A DNA stretch of 63,492 nucleotides, the filler included, from Phoronis australis (taxonomy: Eukaryota; Animalia; Phoronida): the NCBI GenBank assembly GCA_002633005.1. It is 8 parts of 8 records of this genome, joined end to end, with 100 filler letters (N's around TTAATTAATTAA, not from the genome) between each part and the next. Parts side by side here need not be neighbours in the genome. Positions count along the whole stretch, not along the records: positions 29,884 to 48,107 come from NMRA01001240.1; 7 more parts are not named here. One strand, 5' to 3'. The notes under the pieces are model-generated. The model was not told the origin of the DNA, did no database searches, and saw nothing but the letters and a program-made list of their open reading frames with translations. Of this stretch, positions 37,164-47,987 are shown piece after piece (positions within the stretch are counted from its first letter, which is position 1; every line of letters begins with the position of its first letter). Both the position numbers and the translations under genes were made by a program.

Positions 37164-37286
37164 CTGTTTTGTTGACAGGACCAAGCCGTGCAGCCATTTG
37201 TTCTGACATCGTATGAGGACTGCCCGGAGAAGGCACTGGGCTATTACTCTCACTCCCTATGTAGTGTTGAATTGTACGACTGGCAG
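37164..37286 (-). CDS. C19orf47: C19orf47 homolog, exon 4
   Basis: 123 nt. (P)ASRTIQHYIGSESNSPVPSPGSPHTMSEQMAARLGPVNKT, AG/GT bounded, phases fit. Confidence 0.85.
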
Positions 37287-37756
37287 CTGTTAAAAGGAAG
37301 AAACAATCAGACAAATACATGTCATAGACGGATCCAGAGTTTTGTAACGGAGTCTTTATGAAGATGTTTGGCTGAATGGTAGATGGGTTTAGAACTATTT
37401 GACAGTCTGAAATGCACCCTAGCACACACACATTGTGTTGAAAATAGCGTATTTGTGTCTCTATTTGATCATTCACCTACAAGAGTATCCCAGATGCTCA
37501 CAACAGATTTCTGTTGATTATCCAAGCTTAAAAGCTAGCAAGTAAAACCAATCTTGTTATCACCATGCCAGATAAAGTCCTGCATTATGTTCTCAGACAC
37601 TGCGATGCATCATGCATCATTAGTGACTGTAGCAATCATGGTCAGTCGTTTCCCAAACAAAAACACTAGACACTTACATACCAGGAGCAACATCACTGCA
37701 TCAACACTGCTTACAGTTTTCACTCACAAACAACAAATGAATGACATGAAACTTAC

Positions 37757-37829
37757 GTGTGGACCTCCTCACTTGAGGTGGGGTGTTTGTGGCTGGGCTC
37801 AGACCCATCAGAGCTCTTTCTTTGACATC
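37757..37829 (-). CDS. C19orf47: C19orf47 homolog, exon 3
   Basis: 73 nt. DVKERALMGLSPATNTPPQVRRST, tgtag/gtaagt bounded. Confidence 0.85.
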
Positions 37830-38387
37830 CTACAAAGTATACAGCACATTGACAGCAATGTAGTAGTTTAAAAGATGTGTGTCACAAAATAATGTATGCA
37901 ACATTGATGAGGGCTCGACAATTCTCCTAGCAAAGTTTGACTGTAATCTAGAGTTCAGTTACTGGTATTTCAAATTAATAGCAAAAAGCTTAAACACTGG
38001 TTGTACTCTTATGACAACTTCATACAGATATTCCACAGGCACGCCATCTGCTGGCCAGACTATAAGGTATGAGCAAGTCTTGGACTTAGAGTATTTTGAA
38101 ACTGTAAAGTGTGTTGCATTTTTGGCTGCACTATCAGAAATATCATCTGAACAATGCTATTACTGTAGCAGACCATCCACTCACTGTCGATGGACTGCCC
38201 TGACAAAATTGTCCATAAATTGACAAATTACATTTCATCCATGAAAGCATTGACAGCGAATACTCACAAAAATTAACCTAAACATAGGAACAAGAAATAT
38301 AGCTAAAAAACCTAGCAGTGCATTAACCATCAAAAGTTTTTCAACCAAGAGATACATGCAGCACCACTGGACCACACTGTCACCTAC

Positions 38388-38599
38388 CTGAGCATGAACA
38401 GCTTTAGCATGTTTCAGTATAGCAATAATGTCACCGAGAGCGTCTATACCCATGTCAGTCAGGTACTCCTTAGTCAGGTCGCACAGCATGCTCTTTCTGA
38501 TCCGGTGATCAGTGAACTTGATGGCGTAACCTGTCGCGTCTCCCGCTGGTATCCCAGCATCCTTGAAGAACTTGATCCAGAACGGTGTTTCTGTAGCAC
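38388..38599 (-). CDS. C19orf47: C19orf47 homolog, exon 2 (SAM-like N-terminal domain)
   Basis: 212 nt. [70 protein letters not shown] closely resembles the C19orf47 N-terminus (WIxFFKxAGIP...[11 protein letters not shown]). Confidence 0.93.
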
Positions 38600-40144
38600 C
38601 TAATAGCGTTATTAAAAAGAAAAACTATGTTAAAGGCAAATAGAAAAACTATGTCTCAGCTACGCAATGGATTTTGAACACAACTGTACACTAGGTAGTT
38701 TTTAATTAAAAAGATATAGGCACCACTGAAAATAAACGCACCACATCCCATTTCCTGGTAATAAGCTACCATGCCAGTTAATCAGAGCGTGAATTCCACA
38801 TGCACTTGCTGACATTTCAAGTCATTTTGTCCCATTACATCATGTTCGACACCAGCCATGGACAGGTGGATTTTCTTAGACAGAGCACATCCTCATGTGC
38901 CAGTTACGCTGTATCATTTTCTGCAATACACCCTCGGCTGGCTTTTCCACAACATGGGTTGTGACCTTTCAAGGTCTTCACTCTGTGGCTGGAGGCATGT
39001 GTGGTGTATATGTCAATACTCTTTGATTGAGTGATGGAAGTTGGGAAATGTCGCGTATGCTCCTCACTCAAACGGTGATGCTGTGGGTTCAGAACGTCTA
39101 GTCTAATTTAGGACATATGACATGACAAAAATTCATCACCCCCCTCCCTGCCTCTAGAATTTTTGGTTCCGAATGTTTTTTAGCAAACATCAGAAAAAAT
39201 CAGTTGTAGCATGGGAAGTATTTGCAAAGATTTCACAACATTGGTGGCTTCTCAGTTATTGGCTAAGAGCATACTTAGCAAATCATAATGTTGTCATTGC
39301 TCCTGGCAAAGTGGGTCATTCTACTTAAGCCATATATATGGAAAAAATAGGTCAGTCGGACAATGTTACGTGACCACATCATGCATGTCTGAAAGTCTGA
39401 AACAGAGTAAACATGGGATTTCAAAACTGCAAAGGATTTTTTTGAAAAAATAATCTTGTTTGACACTAAATAAAACTCTGTGGTAGATTAAATGCCATTT
39501 TCAATGACACGACTGTGCTGAGAATCAGGAACTGGGATGTCATGTCACCGGTTTAGATGCAATGGTAAGGCAGCCCAAATCAAAATTCAGTTTCAGTGAA
39601 AATAACATAAACAAAATTATTTCAAATGCAATATCAAAAATGTGCACACTAATTGTATCACTTGACTTCTGGGCACAACAGCCCACTCAAGCCCCAGGCC
39701 CATAGTCAGCACTGAGCAAGAGGTGGTTCAAATATTTAGAATGAAGGACCTTAGATATTTTGCAAACGTCGACACTGAAGAGTTTTTGGTAAGGCCCTCG
39801 CCGCGGCTTAATTAGGGGGAAGAGAAATCTGTATACACAATGGTGACTCTCAGCTCTATGTTCATGAGATGAAACAGAATTCGTAATACCAGAAAATTAA
39901 ATGAGGATGCTGTGACAGTTGCTCAGAAAGAACGGGACACAAATTTGGATGTAATGTGGTCCAGAAAGAAAACGTTATCGCATTACCTCCTTGTCAAAGT
40001 TTCAACTCAGACATGCTTAAACGAGTGATTACACCGCATTACATGCTCCGACGGATGGAAAATATATAAAGTTTAGTCAGCGAATGACTTGACGAAATTG
40101 TTTATCTGATTGTATTTTTGCGTGTTGCTTACATCGCTGGAAAT

Positions 40145-41022
40145 GGAAAGAGCCCACTATTTCAAAAGTTCACTACTCCAACGGTTCACTATTCTGAAGG
40201 TTCATTACTTCAAAGATTCACTACTACGAAGGTTCACTGCTCCAAAAATATGCAAACTTAGATGTAATTTTTAAACTGTGTCTTTTACGTCATGCAAAAA
40301 TAAACCATACTTTGTTTATTTTAGGATGCATCTATACTGAAAGCAACGCCCGGCACTAAAACAATTTGTTTGGATTTCATGTGGACAGTGACCACTGTCT
40401 CTCGCTGGCCAGTGCAACTAGAAACGATGGTAAGACTTCATGTACGAAATTGCCCGTATGTCTTAAAACGAGTACGCACTTGCATTTTTAAAATTATATG
40501 AAGTAGGAATACTGATGAATTACCAACCACGACACATTTACCAAATCTATGTCAAGATCGCAATGCAGCGCGGCTGAAAAGTTTAGGGCTGCTGTGCCTC
40601 AACCTCACCCAAGGAACCATGCACACGGCCGGGTCGAAACTATGTGAAGTAGGCCATCCTGTCCCTGCCAGTCTTCACGAAGTCAGGTAGTCCCATTCAG
40701 TCTTCTTAATTTTGAAACCGCCGTTGGTCGCCGCAGCCTTAACCCGTGCCCCAGATATGTTGTCTCTGCTTGAGAATGAGTCATGAGGACACCATCAGAG
40801 TAATGAACTGTCAGACTTCTGGTTTTGGAATTGCAGAAACCCGAAGTAGTGAATTTTCAAAGGTAATGAACCTTCGCATTGGTGGACCTTCGCAGTAGTG
40901 GACCATCGCAGTAGTGGACCTTCGCAGTAGTGGACCATCGCAGTAGTGGACCTTCGCAGTAGTGGACCTTCCGAGTAGTGAGCCTTCGGAGTAGTGAACC
41001 TTGGTCATAGTGACATGTAACC
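40145..41022. mobile_element. Foldback-type element with inverted arrays of a 16-bp subterminal repeat
   Basis: Left array (GAAGGTTCACTACTCC-like, 40155-40245) is the reverse complement of the right array (GTAGTGGACCTTCGCA x~8, 40863-41002). GG...CC ends; flanks CTGGAAAT/TTGGAAAT match 7/8. Confidence 0.7.
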
Positions 41023-43025
41023 TTGGAAATCTTTTCCATCAAGTTTGTAGCTCGTAACTATGAAGTCTGCAGGGTTGTGCACCATTGACACTAACTGACA
41101 AGAGAATATTTTCTTCATTGACCAAAGTTGAGATTTAGGCCTACTTTTCCTTTATAAAGTGAAAATGCTCGACGGGGTATTCTAAGTGCAAGAAAACTCA
41201 GTAGTTGAATGTCTGGTTTTTGAGCACAACGGAGGATTGCCTATAGTGAACTTAACATCAGCATGTACTGAATTTAAAGAACGGAAATGCATACACGTGT
41301 ACATGCATGCATGTCAATCCACTAATCAACAATCAAAGTGGATATTGGATGAACAACATATAAATTGCATATTTGACGAGAACTTTCAATTCAAAATTTG
41401 AAAATGCCTACACTTTACCAAACTATGCTTACAATTTAACAAAAATAACAGAATAGCAAATCTCAATTTTCTGCTGTTTTGTCTCTTGGCTAATTTTAAG
41501 GCATTCACACCAAACTACCTTTTTGGGACCTCCCTCTTACTTAGGTCATAGGGCTAGACTTTTATAGGATAAGCATACACCCACTTCTAGACTCCCTTGT
41601 TACCCTTTGGTGTAGATCACCACGCGCGTGGTTTATGAATAACATAAAGCCACCCTTCTTTTATCGTATGCACGGGCGATCCTATCATCTACACAAACAC
41701 CAGCACTCGGCAAAGTAGGCCACGTACGGCCTGATGCCACATGAAGCATTTTGAATCAGAAGCATTACTAACTTAGTTATCGCTGTAGTTAGAAGTACCA
41801 GTAGCTGCAACTATTTTGATGTTGTCCATTTATATCTTATATGCTGGGTCTGTACCCCCCCTGGCTATGGTCCTGAGCCCCTCCAAGCTGTTTGCCACGC
41901 AGTAATTTGCCTCTTAGCTGAACAGTTTGAATGCTGGACTCTCATGCAAAAGGAAACCGATCCAAGTCTCAATGTTGGCCAATTTTTTAACATTGGCGCC
42001 CAAATAATACCCACAAAACCCCGAAATGATGTAAATAAGAGGCAGAGGAGAGGGTGCCGGCCAGGTAGTGATGCACGAGCATGTTGCTAGATCTGTAACC
42101 AGGAGGTACACCTTTTCTGTACGAACGGAAGGACTGTAGTATCACGTGACTTCCAGCCATGACAGTTCAATAAAGCCTCTCCAAGCCACTTGCCAAGCAC
42201 AACTCCCTCAGTCTTAGCCAAACAGTTTGGAAGCTTGACTCTCACGTAGAAAAGCCCAGTTCAAGTCTCGGTATCAACGGATTTTTCAGCAACATGTTCA
42301 TTTGCAAGGATGTTGATAAAAGTAAAAATAACAATACGGAGACAACTTATCTGAACTCCACACACAGAATTCAGTGCATAACTGCTCAACCAGGACGGCC
42401 AGCTAGAGAACTCCTACTCACTTAGCACCTTTTAAGTCACATTGAGTAAGTTGCTTATCCAGTCTAATGTGCCTGAGAGCAAATGAAAACATTCAAAGGG
42501 TTAAGGGAGGGAAGCCCATTGGCAGATATGCCGAGAATAATGGACGCAGCGCAGGCACTTCACCCGCTAAGATTTTTTAACACAAAACTTCTTCAACTGG
42601 ATTTACTGGTGCATAAACAATGCAGTGAAACTGGTTCCCAGTAGCCATTATGAAGAGGTACCCAACTATTTGATTATTTGATATTTACCCAACTACCACC
42701 TGGTCCCTTGAGTGCAAGTGATTGTCGAAATTGGATTACGTCCAGGACTTTATGCAACGTAGGTCCTGGGCACTAATCTGGCCACTCTGGCAAGGACAAC
42801 CAATGTATCATTTGGATGCCCACTGTCAATCAGAACCTTCCAAGTTTGGACACACACATTGTTATGATTACTAGGAAGCCTAGGCACATAGCTGGAGTGC
42901 TGACTTGTTTTTCAAAGCAGAAAGAAATATACAATGTATATACAATGTTGCCATGTTCAAACTAGGTTGAAAGCATTGAGTATCCAACAGCTTTCAAGCA
43001 TTAGCACATCTTTGGTTGTCAACTG

Positions 43026-43714
43026 CACAGGCGTCCTCAGCTTCTGATCGTCCCCAATACACTACATACAATACTACAAGGTATGACACTTCCGACCAGA
43101 AATTCCACGGGTGCTTCACTTCAGCCGTCCATAGCAAACATAAAACTCAATAAATTTACACAAAACAGAGGTTCAACAAACCATGAAGAATTGTTCTTTC
43201 TCCCAATACCATTCACGGTGTCCTGTTCCGGCGACTTCGTAAGATATTCGCAGTCAAAGAACAAAAATGTTCACAAAAAAAACCCCGCGCACGTCCATCG
43301 GTTGCCGCTCGAGGTCAAGGACGGTACGGAAATTGCCGGTGAGTTACGGAAGTACCGACATCGTGACTTTACGCGACCGATGTCGGTACTTCCGTAACTC
43401 ACCGGCAATGTCCGTACCGTCCTTGACCTCGAGCGGCAACCGATGGACGTGCGCGGGGGTTTTTTGTGAACATTTTTGTTCTTTGACTGCGAATTTCTTA
43501 CGAAGACGCCGGAACAGGACACCGTGAATGGTATTGGGAGAAAGAACAATTCTTCATGGTTTGTTGAACCTCTGTTTTGTGTAAATTTATTGAGTTTTAT
43601 GTTTGCTATGGACGGCTGAAGTGAAGCACCCGTGGAATTTCTGGTCGGAAGTGTCATACCTTTTAGTATTATATGTAGTGTATTGGGGACGATCAGAAGC
43701 TGAGGACGCCTGTG
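43026..43714. mobile_element. 689-bp near-perfect palindromic MITE with 8-bp TSD (P-element- or hAT-like ends)
   Basis: Arms of ~337 bp with few mismatches around a ~14-nt loop at ~43370. Termini CACAGGCGTCCTCAG/CTGAGGACGCCTGTG. TSD GTCAACTG at 43018-43025 and 43715-43722. Confidence 0.93.
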
Positions 43715-44518
43715 GTCAACTGCACCTCTGATGACTTACTTTACAGAATGTTAAAGCTAGTTAAGATGATATAATAAACTTAATAACATCAATTCGATTC
43801 TAGATCAACAAAAACATATTGCACTCTTCATTCAACCAATATCTCTAATAATAATAATAATATTTGTCTGGTAAGCTAATGGGCTGTTTTCGTAAATTTA
43901 GATGTAGAAGTCTTGGTCTACACATTTTTTTTAGTAACGAAGCTCACTATAGAAGACTGTTTTGTAAACTTAGATGCACAAGCCTTGATCTACGGCTTTT
44001 TAGTAAACTTCATTGTGTGTGTGTGTGGGGGCAGATTGCTGGTGAACGGTCGTGAGGGTGGGGGTTACACGTCATTGGAATCATGGATGCTCTGGAATAT
44101 TGGGAACCCCAGTTTGGACACCCTATTTTCGAAATCCTGGATAAAGCCCTGATTACCAGATTACCGCCCAGTTAAATTCATGGGAAATGGAGCTGAAATG
44201 TGTGTATGGGCAGTATTGCTGCCCCAATTCTGAACTTGTTGAGTTGAAGGCCTAAGCACTGATAAGGGCCGTTATTCCCGCTGGCGTTACCTCGTATCGT
44301 ACGTAGTCGTACAATACAAACTACAAAAGTACAAACAATTGACAATTGTACGAAATAGTTATTTTCCGAATCTGCGCGTTCAATCTGTCTTCAAGTCCAA
44401 CTCTACAAGATTCTAGAGCTTCGAATGACTTGAGCCGTAACAGCTTTCACTACCGCAGTTCAAAATGATTGCCTATTTCCCAGGTATACCATGTTTAGAC
44501 AGTTTTAGCAAACCTTAC

Positions 44519-44528
44519 CGTCCGACAT
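44519..44528 (-). CDS. C19orf47: C19orf47 homolog, candidate first coding exon (MSD-G)
   Basis: AAG ATG TCG GAC G|GTAAGG. Phase-1 donor matches the exon 2 acceptor; lies in a CpG-richer region. Confidence 0.65.
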
Positions 44529-44989
44529 CTTTTCTGTTATGGTGTGCCAGTACAACAAAACACTTAGCACAAAAAAATTAGTCATGGTTTTGCTATTTAC
44601 TTTACATTTTTCTTATTAAAAATCGTATTACATAAAGTAGCAAGTTTGGTAAATTATCTTCAATCATTGCTGAACGTTGCTTGTGTACTACTCAACTTAC
44701 TATTTTGTAGCACATCCATGTTTGACCCAATTCAGTTCCAGCTTGCGAGAAAGCTAAGCCGTCGAAAATTTGATGGAATCATCGGTTAAGTGGGAATCTT
44801 TTGTAGAAAGTTAGTTTCGCAATATCTACGTGTGTGTGTTGTTACATATGTTTTGATGTTCCGAGAAGGCGGATTGTGCTTGTGCCGTGGCTTACTTAAG
44901 TTAAGTTTAGCTGAAGAGTAGTAGGCAACACGTAGCCCCTGGCCTGGCCTCGGTTGGCCGGTTAGGTTCTACGCTACTTCCCATCGTCT

Positions 44990-45445
44990 TCTGTACGCAT
45001 TTCGTTCCATGTATTTTAAACGTGCGGTTGGCCAAATCCTGCCACCTATTTTGAGATTTCACCTCATCAAAAATGCACTCTACTCTCAAAACTTATCACT
45101 TAAAAATGAGCTTACTTTCTTCAGAGATCCTTTCTGCTTCTACACATATCTTGGATGAAGCATATCTACTAGAATAATCAATTAAGGTGACTTTGGAGAA
45201 GAATTCCAACTCCACTTTTTGGTCACTGTTAACTTTTTCACCGCGCGCGCAATAACCCCAAAATATTTCAACTGAGTCACGTGAGTTAGGCAAAGGCTTA
45301 AGTGCGAGACTGAGCGAAGTGCGTGACCTGGCGCGTGACACTTGCAAAATTGCATGGGAAGATATCGGGTGGAATTTGTGAGTTATGTGTCCCTTGGACT
45401 TTTTGTTCGTTAACAGGCATGATTTCTCGTAACTTCCTCAAAATT
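44990..45445. mobile_element. Older internal fragment of the 2947-4127 family
   Basis: Colinear with ~3190-3635 (GAAGAATTCCAACTCCACTTT, GCGAGACTGAGCGAAG, TAACTTCCTCAAAAT). Confidence 0.8.
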
Positions 45446-45774
45446 TTTGTTTCATTTTACAGCCCATTTGTTGAGTACAAACCTTACTGAAGGAGTGTGT
45501 CTTCTAAGCCCTGCTGGACAGTGCGTTTATCATCAAGGCACCCTTAAAGATATAACTGAGGTGATTTTGGACCTATTTTAACTCTAAAAAATAATATATT
45601 TCATGTGGTCACTATATCTCAGTTCTCCATTTTAATATTAGTCTGACAAATTTGTTGTGTTGCACAGTGCACTCTACAAGTAATCTGACAAAATACCGTT
45701 TCTTTGTTATTACAAAAAATTACCTGTCATAAGCTATCATGACATGTCATTCTAGTTATGTTCTCTGATGGTAA

Positions 45775-45935
45775 ATTCTGCTTGCACTCACATCAGGGAA
45801 TTCTTTGCATGCGCTCAGTCATCACATCAAGGAATTCTTTGCATGCGCTCAGTCATCATAGCGGGGAATTCCATTTTCGCTCTGCAGTCATGATGAGTAA
45901 TTCTGCTTACTCTCAACAATAATGACTGGGAATTC
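45775..45935. repeat. ~35-bp degenerate tandem repeat
   Basis: GGAATTCTTTGCATGCGCTCAGTCATCA twice exactly, plus degraded flanking units. Confidence 0.7.
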
Positions 45936-47592
45936 TGGTTCATTTTGTCTGATTATTATTGATGTGTTCTGTATGGCAGTTAATGGGACTGTATTGTATG
46001 TAGGTTCAACTTGTTAAACCATGCTAATTACTCAAATATTCTGAGAATGAGATATAGGAATAACTGGTCCATGTGGTGGCATAGCCAGGTACATGTAGGT
46101 CTACCTCTGCCACACATTCACTTGAATGGGAGTCCGCTGAATTGTCTTTGCCTTTTGTAGTGGTTCGTGTTTGTGTGAAATTTTTTTTGGCAGCTGAAAG
46201 GCAGTGAAACTTATTGGGGTCATGTCCCCAGTCGCCATGGTTTTGGAAATGTCTCTTACAATAAGTGGACTTCGCAGAGACTGTGTGTGCTTAAATGCTA
46301 CACCTACAGTTTCAGGTACATGTTTAGTACTGCACAGAAATTTTATTTCATTTTTCACATCTTTCAAGTGTTGTACTAGTCACTTAGAGGATCCCATGTT
46401 TGCGACCAGTTTGACACCTGCTGTTCAGTGGAGAAAACAGGTTCTCAAAATGCGGGACCCCTGCAAGTGACTATTACTGTAATTATCTCTGAATATCGTT
46501 TTTTACAGGAGAATTGGAAATCATTTAAGTTTGCAGCTGACAAAGTGAAAAGAAGGACTGAAGACAACCAGCACTTAGTGCTAGATGTCAAGTACCGAGT
46601 TTATCACAAAACATTTTCAAGGTAGTTTTAATTATGTCTTTATTGTCAAACATTATATAGTGAAACTGTTCAGTGATTTTGGCTGTGAGGCAGGTGGCGT
46701 GTGGTTACTTACGTTATACAGCATGAAGTGTACAGTCTGTGGTTCATTCTGGCAATGCAGACGTCCAAGGTAGGAGCTGGGGATTGTGAACTCTCAGTAA
46801 TCTAAATTAATTTTCCCAGTAGTATTTTGAAATTGCTCATGTTGGTGAAGTCAATGAAAGTCCACCCCAGCCTTTCTGATATGTCAAGTTGATTCAAATT
46901 TGTGTCATTTTGATGTCTTGCCAATTTGTAATTAAGTGTCACACCAGCAAGTTGACTGCTTTACTGCAAACTTGAAAAAGTGCATTGTTGCCCCTGTGTG
47001 TTAACATCTGAGATATCCATCATGCAGAAAATTATTATTTTTACTGCCACGCTAAAGCTTGATTCTAGAAATCAAAATACTCGACTAAGCAACCTACCTT
47101 GCAGGCGCTGAATGCAGCGTGATAACTGGGTGGGGCAGAGGGTGTTTGTCTTTGAGCTGCTCAATTCGGTTAGCCACACTAGTATTAAGCTTACATCTTG
47201 TGCTAACAGATGAAATCTAGATAACCTCTCATGTTCTTCTCAGTTGTTGCTAAATGATGTAGGTTCTAAAAGGAAGACCAGGATTTTATGTTTTTAGCTG
47301 ATTCTGAGAGGTGACTGTGTTGCCTGTACAGGACTTTTGGGATTCAAAGGAACAATTGGGTGATATTTTCACAACTATCTCTTGTCCGATTTTGAATGAA
47401 ACTGCATTGAGGGACCAGACAAGGAAGCCATGGTGCATTTTGGGTTGATTCTGTTTTTTGGGGATGGGCACTTCAGTGTTTTTTGGATTACAAGGATTTT
47501 TTCGTGACATAGTAAATCTGGCCTTGTCAATTTTTACTAAATTAGTTAATATATTTTTTCCTTGTGCAGGTGTATTCCACAGTATTCGTTTT

Positions 47593-47987
47593 GTTACAGA
47601 TGTGACATTCAGACACTTTAAATTCCACTATAAAATTAGTGAAACATCACAGTAGTAAGAAATTTTAAGTACACATTACACACTTTATGGAAGCACTTCA
47701 GGTATCAAAAGTTTTTAATTCTGCACATTATAAGTGTACTAAAATTTACTTTTAATTAGTGTTACAGATGTGACCGAAAATGCCATGGTTAATATGCTAA
47801 TGGTGGTTTGTCTAAAAACTCTGTTCTGTCTTTCATATTATGGAACTAGTTTCCCTATAGATAATTTAACTATTTATTTGGCTATAACATGAAGAAAAGG
47901 TTTTTGAACTAAAATCAAGTCTTTGTATAATTATGAGCAATTTAAAAAAACCACGTGCGTTACAGATGTGACTGTTACAGATGTGAC
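47593..47987. repeat. Four dispersed copies of GTTACAGATGTGAC
   Basis: Exact 14-mer at 47593, 47761, 47959 and 47974; probably a transposon subterminal motif. Confidence 0.75.

Noticed and set aside
35168-37175. Repetitive-peptide ORFs (TIPTNR, HRVAGCL repeats)
   Set aside because: Translations of tandem DNA repeats in an intron whose flanking exons already splice in phase.
41985-42005. LTR end plus primer-binding site (ACA TTGGCGCCCAA)
   Set aside because: No second LTR and no recognisable gag or pol sequence nearby.
42204-42281. tRNA-Glu(CTC)-like sequence
   Set aside because: Faint resemblance only; the A and B boxes are degenerate and stems do not pair. At most a decayed SINE head.
43083-43657. 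Twin ORFs with the same N-terminus on opposite strands (MTLPTRNSTG...)
   Set aside because: A direct consequence of the palindrome; no protein family resemblance.
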